From contig JAQOWU010000001.1 in NCBI GenBank assembly GCA_030867685.1, positions 248,001 through 312,000 on the forward strand: a stretch of 64,000 bases of DNA, given 5' to 3'. Origin of the DNA: Wickerhamiella versatilis (taxonomy: Eukaryota). Within the stretch, counting starts at the first letter, position 1; each line of letters opens with the position of its first letter. The notes below the pieces were generated by a model. It was not told the DNA's origin. It was given only the letters and a program-made list of their open reading frames with translations, and did not search any database. A program made the position numbers and the translations under genes. Positions 1-11,143 of the stretch are shown here, piece after piece.

Positions 1-64
1 TCCAATTATTCCTACCATTGCAAGTAGTCCATAATATAACGACAAGCCGTCATTCGAAACAGGT

Positions 65-262
65 TTACTTGGGTGACGATGCCGTCAATACCGGGGCCTG
101 GTCAAGAGGTTGGCCGCCTCCAACCATTGACGATCCTCTTCGTCGACGATTGCCCTGTACAATCTCTAACTCGCGGGTTGCTCTCTCCTCTATTTCTGCC
201 TGAGTGACTATACCACTCATGTTATGCATCACGGGAGCCATGTTCAAGAAGTGTGGAGCCAT
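65..262 (-). CDS. Small hypothetical protein (65 aa) with an RRRRGSS basic kinase motif
   Basis: ATG in good context (cataATGG), TATAAAA about 55 nt upstream (318-324, minus); no family recognised. Confidence 0.4.
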   Translation of the reverse strand: MAPHFLNMAPVMHNMSGIVTQAEIEERATRELEIVQGNRRRRGSSMVGGGQPLDQAPVLTASSPK

Positions 263-700
263 TATGGAGTTCTGTTGGTTCTGTGGCGAGAAGCAATTCT
301 GCGGCGAAATCCCTGGCTTTTATAATCCGACTTTCCTCGAAAATCTTGCGGGGGTTGATGACACATCGTGCATTTGCGGCGCATTCGCATCCGAGTTTAC
401 ATAAACGGAATTAAGGTCGGAGATTGCGTGCGTTGGTGTTTTTCGGGGGATAAAAGCAACATCTCCGAAAACATCAGGAAATGTCTCTTTTAATCGGTCT
501 TTTATGTGATTAGTTTTAAGAAAATCTTAAATTTGGACTTTTGACAAATTGGGCTAACGACTTCTCGTCGAACAAGCGCGATGTGACTCATTGGAGGTAA
601 GAACATACGACTGAAAGTTGAGTTCATTGGGGATTCTAAATAAATGGAATTATGAAGAGTTCTAATATTATGCCTGGATAAATATTTGACCAATACTTCT

Positions 701-1023
701 TGCCAGCAGTTGCTTTGCTCTTTGTCTGGCCTGGTGGTTCCTGAAGCGTTGTCGTACTAGCCGCACCTATGTCGACGCCTGCCGACAAAAACTGAATCAC
801 ACAAGAAAGAGAAATTTAAGGCATAGACGTATTGTAATCTGCCCCTTGCTGGTTCACAGTGAGCCGTCAGCAAGCCGTCAGCAAGCTAGCAATAAGCCTC
901 GAATCACAACCGCTAGCCGCGTCGGCAGCGATGCATGGGTAGGGGCTGGGGGTACGGGTAATCGCGGATAATGGTAGATTGGGCGACAATTACACATTGA
1001 TACAGGGAAGGCAAAACTTTTTT
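701..1023 (+). ncRNA. Unassigned structured ncRNA candidate (long imperfect rod)
   Basis: Nested colinear pairings 722-726/985-989, 729-735/978-984, 753-757/952-956, 765-772/933-940, 779-786/921-928; G-U pairs favour the + strand; T6 at 1018-1023. Confidence 0.5.
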
Positions 1024-1118
1024 GAATGGTTCGACCCATATAAATTTTGAACGTGTTTCTACACAGTCCGCCTGCGGACCTCAATTTTTCTCTCTCATTT
1101 TGGTTTTTGAAGCCCTGT

Positions 1119-1574
1119 TTAAGAAGTAGGGGGATCACCCTTATAGCCCTCGAAAACATTATTCCACTGAGGAAATTCTGAGCCCAAATCTTGGATAAGT
1201 CGCTCCTTGAATTGCTGCATAGCCTTAGTCTTGCCGTTAATGTACTGATTTTGCTTTACCACGACCTCCACGAACTCTCGGGAGTAGACGTCCGGATTTC
1301 GACCATTGTCAATGTAGCTCAGTATATCAAGTGGCACCGTGGTGTCCCCAAGTTGGGATGAGTCGGCCACCACACGTTGTAAGTCGGTATGGAACGCTTT
1401 GACTTTGCTCTCCAGAGCCTGCTTAGTGCTAGGCTCACCAAAGTAGTCATGCACCATGACCCCGATCTCTATGAGTGACTCGACGGTCTTCAGGATGTCA
1501 CCCCTCACCTGATCAATTCCCGAGGAGCCATCTGTTGGAGTGGGCAGCCCGTTTCCGTTATACTCATCCGACAT
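1119..1574 (-). CDS. MED10: Mediator subunit 10 (Nut2)
   Basis: VPLDILSYIDNGRNPDVYSREFVE signature. Confidence 0.95.
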   Translation of the reverse strand: MSDEYNGNGLPTPTDGSSGIDQVRGDILKTVESLIEIGVMVHDYFGEPSTKQALESKVKAFHTDLQRVVADSSQLGDTTVPLDILSYIDNGRNPDVYSREFVEVVVKQNQYINGKTKAMQQFKERLIQDLGSEFPQWNNVFEGYKGDPPTS

Positions 1575-1978
1575 AGCAGGTAGCCCGGTAACTGCTTTGT
1601 AATCTTACTGCTTATGATTTATGCTGACGGTTGGAGACTGGAAGCACGGAAAGAGGAGAAAGGAAAGCAAACACGTCTTCCATTCCAATATATGTAGAAT
1701 TACCGCCCTATGGAATGATATAGACATTTGACTAGGTGCCAAGGCGATCAGACATGTTATTTTCTTGATTACGTCACATAACCCGCAAGACCAAATTGTA
1801 CAAAGACATTTAATAGCATAATTTTCAGCTGGCAATTATAACGGCATGAAAAAGCAATGAAATACTTGATCATATTAAGTTGTGATCGATAAACTAGTAT
1901 ATCTGAAGGTTTATTTCGATGGCCTGACCAATAGCTGGCGTGGGTGTGATTGATCAAGCCTCGATATCCCTATTACTA

Positions 1979-2974
1979 ATGGGCGAAGTTGGAGAGGGTC
2001 GAGGAAAAGATCCTCCGGCGGTGCGTATGGGTGAAGGAGCAGTAAATGCACTTGCAGGAGCAACCAGTGGCCTTGTTGGTGGTATTATAGTGTGCCCTCT
2101 GGATGTAATTAAGACGAAACTGCAGGTCCAGGGGACATTCCGTCGTGTGAAGCCAGAGGCTCCATATCATCGCGGCATTATTGGCATGGCTAAGGCTATA
2201 CTCCGCGAGGATGGGTTACGTGGAATGTATCGTGGTCTTACCCCGTTGATTGTAGGATACCTCCCCAGCTGGACTTGTTATTTCTGGGTGTATAAGGAAA
2301 TGCAAGGGATACTGGGAAAAACTACCCCTGTGGCTACTGTGTTCAGTGCGACCGTTGCGGGTGCAACTTCCACTATTCTTACCGCTCCCATATGGATGGT
2401 AAAAACCCGGCTTATGGCGCAATCGTCTCAAACCAGCTGGCATTATAGCAGTATGATAGACGCTTGTCGCCAAATATATACTAAGGAGGGCATTGGCATG
2501 TTTTATTCTGGGCTGGGATCGTCCCTGTTAGGTCTTCCCCATGTGGCTATTCAGTTCCCACTTTATGAAACCTTGAAGACGTGGTTCACTCCTAAGAGTG
2601 ACGGTCTCGATGCCAGAAGCACGTTCGGATTTCTTGCCGCTAGCATACTATCGAAGATTGTCGCCTCGACTGTGACATATCCCCATGAGGTTATCAGATC
2701 TCGTAATCAGATAAGAGCGCAAGATCCACGCTACCGAGGTGTTCTGGCAACAGCAAAACTCCTTTATGTCGAAGAGGGATGGAGAGTATTTTATGCAGGC
2801 CTTGGAACAAATATATGCAGGGCAGTTCCATCAAGTGCAATCACGCTTGTGACTTTCGAGATTGTGTCTCGTCTCCTGCATCGGCGGTACCTTACTGGTG
2901 GTGGTGATGATGCCACTGAGAGGAGTGAGGACGATCCGGTACTTGGCACAGGAAGCGAAGAGCCATACGTATAA
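1979..2974 (+). CDS. YIA6: Mitochondrial carrier, NAD+ transporter (Ndt1/Yia6-like)
   Basis: Three carrier repeats (PLDVIKTKLQ, PIWMVKTRLM, PHEVIRSR), GYLPSW motif; start could be ATG 2027. Confidence 0.85.
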   Translation: MGEVGEGRGKDPPAVRMGEGAVNALAGATSGLVGGIIVCPLDVIKTKLQVQGTFRRVKPEAPYHRGIIGMAKAILREDGLRGMYRGLTPLIVGYLPSWTCYFWVYKEMQGILGKTTPVATVFSATVAGATSTILTAPIWMVKTRLMAQSSQTSWHYSSMIDACRQIYTKEGIGMFYSGLGSSLLGLPHVAIQFPLYETLKTWFTPKSDGLDARSTFGFLAASILSKIVASTVTYPHEVIRSRNQIRAQDPRYRGVLATAKLLYVEEGWRVFYAGLGTNICRAVPSSAITLVTFEIVSRLLHRRYLTGGGDDATERSEDDPVLGTGSEEPYV

Positions 2975-3384
2975 TACAAAGCTGTTTTATTCTTTATTTA
3001 TCCAATTTTCCAGCACACTTTCCATGATAGCTACCACCGGCAAGGTAGCTTCTTCATTGCCTTTTGCATATTTAAGTAATATAAGGGCAGAATCCTGATC
3101 TTTGTAAAGCGTCCTTTAGCGAGAGAGTGATGATTCCTATAATGCTGCAATCGCATAGAAGGAAGAACTACGAGAGCCTTAATTTCAGAAGAACAGAACC
3201 ATTATACTAAAAGACTCCTCTTATAGAATTCGGAGAGTATTAAAGTAAATATCTTTTTTTACTATTCTGCTGTAGCTTGCATGAAATGCATGACCAATAC
3301 AAAATGAGGAGAAAAAGCAGAGATTAAGTAACTGCAGTCCCCACACATTTCGAAACACTCCGAAGCGACCCGAGTTGATGCTTC

Positions 3385-4698
3385 ATGCCTGTTAGGCAGC
3401 TAAAGCGGGGTAAAACTACTAAAGAATGGGAACTTCAACTCCCCAGTGGCAGATTTGTTGATTTCGTGTCATATTACGGCGAGGATTCTCCAATCAGGTG
3501 CGATTTTTGGGGCTGCGCCCACAAAACTGATAGCATAAGAGCATTTTTTATACACATACTTACAGAGCACTTTGGAATTGGTCCTGCAAGAGCTGCTAGT
3601 TATTGGAATGAGCGGCTTAATGAGAGCCCCGCACCAGTCACTGTGTGGGAAGTGCAGCAGGATGGGTTACAGAACGCCGTTGCATACGGCAGTCCAAAGT
3701 CCAAAAGAGAAGCTGTTCTTAATCCACATGCATTCCCCCATTCAATTCCGCCACAGAATGGGTCCCTGCCAAATATGACCTTGCCACCCCGGCTGGTACC
3801 ACACCACAATTTTGAGTCTAGTCCAGCTCATTCACAGTACAGAGGGCAGGGAATACCAATTAGTTCTGACTATCTTAACAAAAAGGGCCCTATGTATCTT
3901 GCCACTTCACAACCTTCGGTCCCTTATCCAATAGTGGCACAACAAGTCTTACAACCCAATGGCCAGTACGCTTATCAGCTCATACCTATAGCTCATCCTC
4001 AATATTATGCTGCCCCCCCTATAGCCTACAACCAGGTTATGGTACCCCCTTTATCAGGATTGCCACAAGCACTTGAATGCCAGCTGCCCACGACGGCCAC
4101 TATTGTAAAGCCCAAAGAGGAGCCAGGGGAGCCAAGGGAGCCAGGCAAGCCGCATGAGCCGCAGAAACCACAGGAGGCTTCCCCAGCTACCCAGGGAGAA
4201 CCACCAAAGTCACACTCTATTCCATTACCTGTGCGCCCATTATCGAGCAAGGGAGAAGACCAATTGGCCGGGGACTCCAGAGAACCTCAAACAGAATCAG
4301 CTGGAAGTGAAGTAGACAATGATGATTTCCAGGAATCTCGTTGCAACATTATCCTCAGAAACCCCGGACTCAAGCACCAATCGCATGCACGGATAAAAGG
4401 TGTTGTGAGGTGCGGACAGCATTGTGGCTATGAGTTGCCGTCATACTGGGAGATGGCCCAGCATCTGGATGCTGAGCATAAGCGGAATTATCGGCCCTGG
4501 CGCTGCTCTTCTGAGAATTGCATTTGGTCAGTATTGGGCTTCCATAAGAGTAGTATGCTTTCCAGGCATATGGTGACAGCTCACAGTGCTCGACACTCGG
4601 ACTGTCGAATCTGTGGGCGCTCATTCCAACGTAAGGATGGTCTACTCAGACACATGCGTAAACGACACAGCACGAGCAGCCTAGAAGCCTCCCTTTGA
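3385..4698 (+). CDS. RME1: C2H2 zinc-finger transcription factor, Rme1-like
   Basis: HLD...RPWRCSSENCIWSVLGFHKSSMLSRH resembles the Rme1 finger; further C2H2 fingers. Confidence 0.7.
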   Translation: MPVRQLKRGKTTKEWELQLPSGRFVDFVSYYGEDSPIRCDFWGCAHKTDSIRAFFIHILTEHFGIGPARAASYWNERLNESPAPVTVWEVQQDGLQNAVAYGSPKSKREAVLNPHAFPHSIPPQNGSLPNMTLPPRLVPHHNFESSPAHSQYRGQGIPISSDYLNKKGPMYLATSQPSVPYPIVAQQVLQPNGQYAYQLIPIAHPQYYAAPPIAYNQVMVPPLSGLPQALECQLPTTATIVKPKEEPGEPREPGKPHEPQKPQEASPATQGEPPKSHSIPLPVRPLSSKGEDQLAGDSREPQTESAGSEVDNDDFQESRCNIILRNPGLKHQSHARIKGVVRCGQHCGYELPSYWEMAQHLDAEHKRNYRPWRCSSENCIWSVLGFHKSSMLSRHMVTAHSARHSDCRICGRSFQRKDGLLRHMRKRHSTSSLEASL

Positions 4699-4827
4699 GG
4701 GCTGTCCATTTAATTTATGTCTTATTTAACCTTTAGGTACTGCCTCTCTGCCTCATTCACTCTCATACTGGTGGACAGCAGAAATACTTTGGCGGGACGA
4801 GATGAGCAGATTAATAATCATTAGAAA

Positions 4828-5367
4828 ATGAGCGAGGCAGATGCTGGACAAGCGGCTGCGGATTTAAATCCCTTGCAGGAAACTGGTAAACCAGAAGATG
4901 ATGCAAATAGCCAAATAGCTCAGCTACGTGAAGAGCAGGAGAAGCTAGAGAGGCTCCAGGCCGAACTTGAGCGGGAGCAGGAGGAGTTCAAGGAAAACAA
5001 AGAGGATGTGGATGCACGCAGTATATACGTCGGCAATGTTGAATACGCAGCTACCCCAGAAGATCTTGAGAAACATTTCCGAAGTTGCGGTACTATAAAC
5101 CGCGTTAATGTCATGGTGGATAAATGGACAGGCAATCCGAAGGGTTTCGCATATATTGAATTTGCTGAGCCACAGATTGTGGCCAATGCGCTGCTGCTCA
5201 ACGAGTCAGAGTTCTTTGGACGTCAAATTAAGGTCTTGCCTAAACGGACAAACGTGCCTGGGCTGTCTGGCCGAGGGCGTGGCCGCGGGCGTGGAGGAGG
5301 ACGCTACCGTGGGTACCGCGGTGGCTGGAGAGGCCGTGGGCGTGGAGGTGGACATTATCCATATTAG
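4828..5367 (+). CDS. SGN1: Nuclear poly(A)-binding protein (Pab2/Sgn1/PABPN1 family)
   Basis: Coiled coil, RRM ([15 protein letters not shown]), KRTNVPG and RGG tail. Confidence 0.92.
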   Translation: MSEADAGQAAADLNPLQETGKPEDDANSQIAQLREEQEKLERLQAELEREQEEFKENKEDVDARSIYVGNVEYAATPEDLEKHFRSCGTINRVNVMVDKWTGNPKGFAYIEFAEPQIVANALLLNESEFFGRQIKVLPKRTNVPGLSGRGRGRGRGGGRYRGYRGGWRGRGRGGGHYPY

Positions 5368-5702
5368 CTGGTGAAAAGAGAATTGCCCTGGCTTCAGCGA
5401 TGACTCTGATATTTGTAGCTTAAAACATGATCAAGCATGAGCTTTTATTCAGAATTAATGTATAGGTTTAGAGTGACTAGTTGCGATAAAAGACGTTTAC
5501 AGATATAAAGTAAGAAAAATATCTTTCGTTCACGCGATGAATTCTGGAATGCAATGACAATGCCGAAATGTTCAAAATGCACATTGTTAATCGACCTTTG
5601 TGACTCGTAATGGAAAGAGATGCAGATTCGTTGGGCGATGGCATGGTTTCGTTGTTTTTTTGGGGTTTGAGCTTCAGTATGCACACTCAGCCTTGTGTGA
5701 TA

Positions 5703-6353
5703 TCAGAGCCGTAATTCTGGAGTAGAGCTTTTGCCTGTCCCTCCTAGAGGTTCATGTCGCCAGCGAATGAATACTTTACCCAGAATATTTCCATGACCCG
5801 ATGCCAGAAGTAAATACTGCGCAATGTCCCTAGGTTTGAGCAATATAGATTCTGTTGCTGGGGCGGCCTGCCAACTGGAGGACCCGAGCAAATTGACACT
5901 TTCTATAGTTATTGCTGACTCGGATACGTTTTCCACCTGTACTTCGATAGCCACGCCTTGTTCAGCCTTTGCAACCCGTGTGCGGATCTGAAGCGCTTGA
6001 GACACGTCAAATCTCCAAGTTTTTCGTACCGGTTCTTCCGTGAGCAGGGAGGCTGCCAAAGTGTGTGGGCCAGTTTCTTCAGGTTGATAAGAAATGGCTA
6101 AGGGGGTTTCGGGTTTAGTATCTGCATCATATAGCTCGCTGATACTGCCAGAGGGAGTGCGAACTTCGAGTCTAAGCTTAGTGGGTTCGGCCACCCCCGA
6201 TACAGCGACCAGGAAAGAGCTGGCTTCACCTACGCGGCCATACGGAGCAATATGTGGCAGAAGCGCAGTATCAGTTGGTACAGAGGCTCCCGTACTGGCA
6301 TCATGCTGTAGCGTGGGGCGGCCTAATCGTAGGACCCTTACACTTCCCGTCAT
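5703..6353 (-). CDS. TRAPPC13: TRAPPC13/DUF974-like protein (shortened)
   Basis: VRVLRLGRPTL start, RKTWRFDVSQALQIRTRV, EVQVENVS, LKPRDIAQYL; probable ATG 6353. Confidence 0.75.
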   Translation of the reverse strand: MTGSVRVLRLGRPTLQHDASTGASVPTDTALLPHIAPYGRVGEASSFLVAVSGVAEPTKLRLEVRTPSGSISELYDADTKPETPLAISYQPEETGPHTLAASLLTEEPVRKTWRFDVSQALQIRTRVAKAEQGVAIEVQVENVSESAITIESVNLLGSSSWQAAPATESILLKPRDIAQYLLLASGHGNILGKVFIRWRHEPLGGTGKSSTPELRL

Positions 6354-7190
6354 GTAAGCACCCAGGTATTTTGGAGATCCTCCACCAAGAAGGATAATTA
6401 GTGGCATTGCATCTAGGTGGAATACGACGTAGCCCCATAATAATTCTAAAGTTATTTTTTTCGTGCCTACTGATCTGTGCTGGATTGCTTACTGCTGGCT
6501 GATCGAATATAAGCTATGATATATGCGCGAACGGTCGCTTATGTACATATATAGCATTAAGCTCAATTAAAGAGTTGAAATACCAAGAGATACCGCCAAA
6601 GCACTGAGTACAGGAACTAATAGAGAGCCACAAATGCCAGTTCAACCTTACTGCCCAGGGATCAATGCCCATAATGCGCCCCGCAGCTATTTTGATCTTC
6701 ATGAAATATGCGGTAGTCCTGTGGTACCATTCCTTACCCTGATGTATTATCTCTCCGAAGACGACTGCGGATCATTTCGAGGAAAAACGCGTTTTGCTAG
6801 ACATACCTAATATGTAGCAATGATATTTATTTATTAAGGGCAATTAGATTGCCCAAGAAAGGTAAAAATCTACAATTTCCCCAAGTGATCATTAGTCAGG
6901 GAATAATGGTCATGGGCAAGACAATAGTGGGATCCTCGGGTTGGAAGTGATAAAAATACATATATTTTTACGGGATACCCTTTTATGTAGGAAACAAAAT
7001 CGAATCCCCCAGTAATTTAAACATTAATTTGACTTTGCGCCTGTGTCGCAGGGTCCTAATCATAATATGATTGACCTCATCTGCCCTTACCCCGATGCTA
7101 CCCTAACCGACATCAAAGGGTACATTACCTTTGTGGTGTCACCCGAGTTGTACTTTAGCATTACTTCGATAGTGATTTCATCACTAGAAC

Positions 7191-7892
7191 ATGGCAACCC
7201 AAATACTTCCAATCACCGCCTCGCACGCCTCAGTACAGTTTTCAGAGTCAGCCCTTCGCTCAACGGCCCCGCCAGAGCCAATTGAACCTCGAGTGCAGTT
7301 TGAAAAACTTGCATGCGCGCACACAAACTTGCCCTGGCCACCTGTGGTGAGGCCCATGACACGTTCCAAGAAGCCTTATGAACGTCCATTGCGAACTGAT
7401 CTTCGTGGGGGCCTTCCCAGACCTATTGCTTCAGTAGAGTCGTCTACGCTATTTGTTCCCACACGTATTCTCTCCACCCCGCCACCCCAAGAGTTTTCGA
7501 AAAAGCATGTGCCCATGGAGTTTACGCCTGCTGCCGTGGTGCCGCCTCGCCAGATCCCCACTCCAGTTCCCTCGCCAGAGCAAACCATAGAGTCGAATGA
7601 GTACGACCGCATCACTTGTGTATTAAGTTCACCCAAAAAATGCATATCCTGCGGGTCGAGCCAATCGCCTTGCTGGCGACCCTCCTGGAGCCCCGAGAGC
7701 GGCCAGTTATGCAATTCTTGCGGACTTCGTTACAAGAAGACAGGGGTACGATGCATTAGTCCGAATTGCGGCAAGATTCCATCCAAATCTGAATGGAACT
7801 TAATGGCCCGTTCGGATGGGGGGAAGAAAAATACGCCTGGCTGTCTGCGTTGCGGTGGCACCCTGCATATTCGTGGTGCTCCCCGCTGTTAG
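7191..7892 (+). CDS. ASH1: GATA-like zinc-finger repressor Ash1
   Basis: [17 protein letters not shown]...[12 protein letters not shown]...CGKIP is the Ash1-type domain. Confidence 0.85.
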   Translation: MATQILPITASHASVQFSESALRSTAPPEPIEPRVQFEKLACAHTNLPWPPVVRPMTRSKKPYERPLRTDLRGGLPRPIASVESSTLFVPTRILSTPPPQEFSKKHVPMEFTPAAVVPPRQIPTPVPSPEQTIESNEYDRITCVLSSPKKCISCGSSQSPCWRPSWSPESGQLCNSCGLRYKKTGVRCISPNCGKIPSKSEWNLMARSDGGKKNTPGCLRCGGTLHIRGAPRC

Positions 7893-8134
7893 TTACTTGG
7901 TGGTCGTCTGCTTCTGTCTGGAATAGTAGCCGGCGAAGTGTTTACTGTTTGTTTTTAAAGTTCCATCTGGGCCAGGCTGTTTGATCTCCTTGAGGTTGGT
8001 GGTTACCATATGATTATAGAGTACAGGGCCATACTGTGTAGAAATAAATATTTAATCCCTTCACTAACTAATTAAAGCACAACTCGCGCTTACATATACC
8101 GTTACTACCTTTATCAACTACCTGGGTGAGAGTG

Positions 8135-8198
8135 TGACTCATTTTGACATTTACCATCTCGGCTGTGACTCATATAGACGTTCACGTTACCTGAGTCA
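8135..8198. promoter_or_regulatory. Three Gcn4-type TGA(C/G)TCA sites upstream of HOM3
   Basis: TGACTCA 8135-8141 and 8166-8172, TGAGTCA 8192-8198; HOM3 is a classic Gcn4 target. Confidence 0.7.
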
Positions 8199-8205
8199 TC
8201 TTGAC

Positions 8206-9660
8206 ATGCGACCTTGGGTAGTACAAAAATTTGGTGGAACGAGCGTTGGCAAGTTTCCACTGAACATAGCTCGGGATATTGTTGATGTTTACGAGGTAGA
8301 TCATCGTGTTGTTATTGTATGTTCCGCAAGATCCACAAATGTGAAAGCGGAGGGTACAACAAGCCGTCTTTTGTTGGCAGCCCAGCAGGCCTTGAGTACA
8401 GGTGGTAAATATGCCCAGACACTTGACGCCATTGCCTCAGACCACATTGAAGCAGCAGATGCTGCCATCCTGGACGTCGGTACCCGGGAACAGTTTTGCA
8501 TCGATGTGAAAGAAGAGCTTTCTAATGCAAAAAAGATTTTGGACGCATCAAGATTCCTAGATGAGGTGAGCCCGCGAACCATGGATCTTGTCCTTAGCGC
8601 TGGTGAGCGGATCGGGTGTATGTTTATGGTTGCTGTTTTGCGGGGTCTAGGCAGAAAGGCACAGCTAGTCGATCTTACTCGTATCTATACCGGATCCAGC
8701 AATAATTTGGATCGCGGATTTTATGCCGATCTTCAGCGTCGGATGGCGGACGTTATCGAGGAAGTGGAAGATGCCATACCGGTTGTCACTGGTTTCTTCG
8801 GACTTCTGCCGGGTGGGCTCATCACAAACGTTGGACGCGGATACACAGATCTTTGTGCTGCGCTCATAGCGGTGGGCCTTCGTGCATCAGAACTCCAGAT
8901 TTGGAAGGAGGTCGATGGTATCTTCACCGCAGATCCGAGTAAAGTCCCCACAGCCCGGCTGTTGGACCAGATCACTCCAGAGGAAGCCGCCGAACTGACG
9001 TACTACGGATCAGAGGTGATCCATCCTTATACCATGGAGCAGGCCATCAGGGCCAGGATTCCCATCCGTATTAAGAACGTCAAAAATCCGAAAGGAAATG
9101 GCACCCGGGTTTTCCCAAGTACGAATTCGTTGCCCGGGGAGGAGACTCCTCTGCATCCCCCAATAGCTAACCCACCTGTGACTGCAGGAATTGGTGCACC
9201 AACAGCAATCACGTCAAAGAAGGATGTGATGGTTTTCAATATTCATTCCAATAAGACTCGGCAATCCCATGGCTTCTTAGCCCAGGTATTTGGAACCCTG
9301 GATCGCTATAAGCTCATTGTGGACTTGATTTCAACCACAGAGGTACATATTTCAATGGCGATTCATATTACTCAAATTGACACGCCCATTTCAGAAGCAT
9401 TGACGGACCTTCGAAAGCTGGGTAGGGTCGACGTAACCTATAACCTGGCTATTGTGTCCTTGGTTGGTGTTCACATGAAGCAACAAATTGGTATCGCTGC
9501 AAAGATGTTCTCCACTTTGGCCGCTGAGGGTATCAATCTTGAAATGATTAGCCAGGGAGCATCCGAAATTAACATCTCCACCGTCATTCACGAAAAAGGA
9601 GTCACCGCTGCACTTGCAGCTCTCCACGACAAACTAATTCTCCCGAGTCTAGAGGCTTAA
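8206..9660 (+). CDS. HOM3: Aspartate kinase
   Basis: WVVQKFGGTSVG, GRGYTDLCAA, two ACT domains. Confidence 0.97.
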   Translation: MRPWVVQKFGGTSVGKFPLNIARDIVDVYEVDHRVVIVCSARSTNVKAEGTTSRLLLAAQQALSTGGKYAQTLDAIASDHIEAADAAILDVGTREQFCIDVKEELSNAKKILDASRFLDEVSPRTMDLVLSAGERIGCMFMVAVLRGLGRKAQLVDLTRIYTGSSNNLDRGFYADLQRRMADVIEEVEDAIPVVTGFFGLLPGGLITNVGRGYTDLCAALIAVGLRASELQIWKEVDGIFTADPSKVPTARLLDQITPEEAAELTYYGSEVIHPYTMEQAIRARIPIRIKNVKNPKGNGTRVFPSTNSLPGEETPLHPPIANPPVTAGIGAPTAITSKKDVMVFNIHSNKTRQSHGFLAQVFGTLDRYKLIVDLISTTEVHISMAIHITQIDTPISEALTDLRKLGRVDVTYNLAIVSLVGVHMKQQIGIAAKMFSTLAAEGINLEMISQGASEINISTVIHEKGVTAALAALHDKLILPSLEA

Positions 9661-10298
9661 GGCAAACTATAATGAGGATTCATCTCATTGATTGTATTCT
9701 ATGGTTTATGGGTAGGCATCCATAAAATGTACAGTAAGGTGAGGCTCAGATAAAATCATATATAATTCATGAATATTACTATATTTGTTTGATTTATTAA
9801 TATTAGCGTAGCTTCGATAGCTGCATGACGTCTCCACACGCATAATGAAAATTAGTGCTAAGGTTTGCTATTCATCAACTAGTGACAAGTAGTGGTAAAA
9901 ATTGAGGGTTTAACAAGATATATAGTGACCAAATAGTAGCTATGTACTGGTTAGAGGATATGAAAAAATGCAGGAGATCAGCCCCAAGCGCATATCCCCT
10001 TTGGTCCTTGTGGCTGGGTCCCCTTACCCGTGATTTTAAGGAGTCTGTGCTCTCATGCACAATAGTTTCAGGATGAAATCATAGAAAAAGACAATTTTAA
10101 TTTGATTTACTAAAATTATTGGGCTCTACGGCTCTCACATTAATTATTGAGAGACTTCTTTATATGTGCAAGTAAATATTTTCAGGGGACACGCGACGCG
10201 TTCAGCATGTGATAACGTCAGCGTCCAAACCCAAAGTGATTTAGTATATTAATGCAGTCCAACTCCCTTCGTCACTAGTGTATCAAGTGAAATCAAGC

Positions 10299-10664
10299 AT
10301 GGCAACTCAAGAAGCAGTAAGGTGGGGGATGAACACCCTCCCAGTACATCAGAGATATTCTGTGCACCACATAGCATCACCTCCTTCATCCTCTCAGTTG
10401 CGGTGGGTGAACTACAGCAACAGGAACACTGGCAGAGGTAATCCTGAATTGGCTTTTCATTCTACAATTGAAGATAGAAGGCTCTATAAACGACGTCGTC
10501 CTGCCTCGCACCACTGTAACGTGTGTGGAGCAACCTATACTAGGTGGGCCAGCCTCCAGTCACATATGGAACGACATGAGCAAACCAGACGTGGCGGTCG
10601 CGAGTACAAGAGAGACGAAGAAGACGCGGCCCTGGCACTGTGTGTTCTTGCAGCTGGCCTCTAA
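10299..10664 (+). CDS. Small single-C2H2 zinc-finger protein
   Basis: CNVCGATYTRWASLQSHMERH finger; C-terminal EEDAALALCVL motif; TATA-like sequence near 10246. Confidence 0.7.
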   Translation: MATQEAVRWGMNTLPVHQRYSVHHIASPPSSSQLRWVNYSNRNTGRGNPELAFHSTIEDRRLYKRRRPASHHCNVCGATYTRWASLQSHMERHEQTRRGGREYKRDEEDAALALCVLAAGL

Positions 10665-11077
10665 GAACATTATTGACGCCTAACGACCATCATACTATTT
10701 ATAAAACCTAACCCTAAATTATATCCTAGCCCTTTGATTACAATCGCACATAACGAATATATGTGACACGCCAACTTGCATGTTGCCGCAGTAACGACCA
10801 CGCGGCAGCGATCGGAAATTGTCCGTGATCTGCCAAGACAAGCTAAGAAGAGGAGAGGAGGAGGATATAGGAAATTAACTAGCTCCGCAGGTTAAGAAAA
10901 CTCCCTAACGAAAAAATGCCTTCATGCTATCCCTATCGAAGGCCAGACAAGCTTTTTGGTGGCCGTTAAGGTTATGCATATTCACATTTATTTTTAGGTG
11001 TTACTTCACGAGAAAGTTATTTTGAGGTCGGAATGGGTAGAATACATGCTTTGAGATGTTAAATGAATTATTTCAGA

Positions 11078-11091
11078 ACGCGTAAACGCGT
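11078..11091. promoter_or_regulatory. Tandem MCB elements (ACGCGT x2)
   Basis: ACGCGT at 11078-11083 and 11086-11091, about 55 nt upstream of a DNA-repair gene. Confidence 0.55.
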
Positions 11092-11143
11092 AAGTGATGT
11101 TCAAAAAAATGGGCTGTGATATCTGATTACATGTAGGGATGAC

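Noticed and set aside
693..705. U1 snRNA 5' end (ATACTTCTTGCC)
   Set aside because: Lacks the ACUUAC needed to pair with GU donors; no properly placed U1-70K loop.
5500..5666. Possible snRNA/snoRNA between SGN1 and TRAPPC13 (TATAAA, 5522-5619 stem, U-tract)
   Set aside because: No U4, U5, C/D or H/ACA motif set could be completed; evidence too thin.
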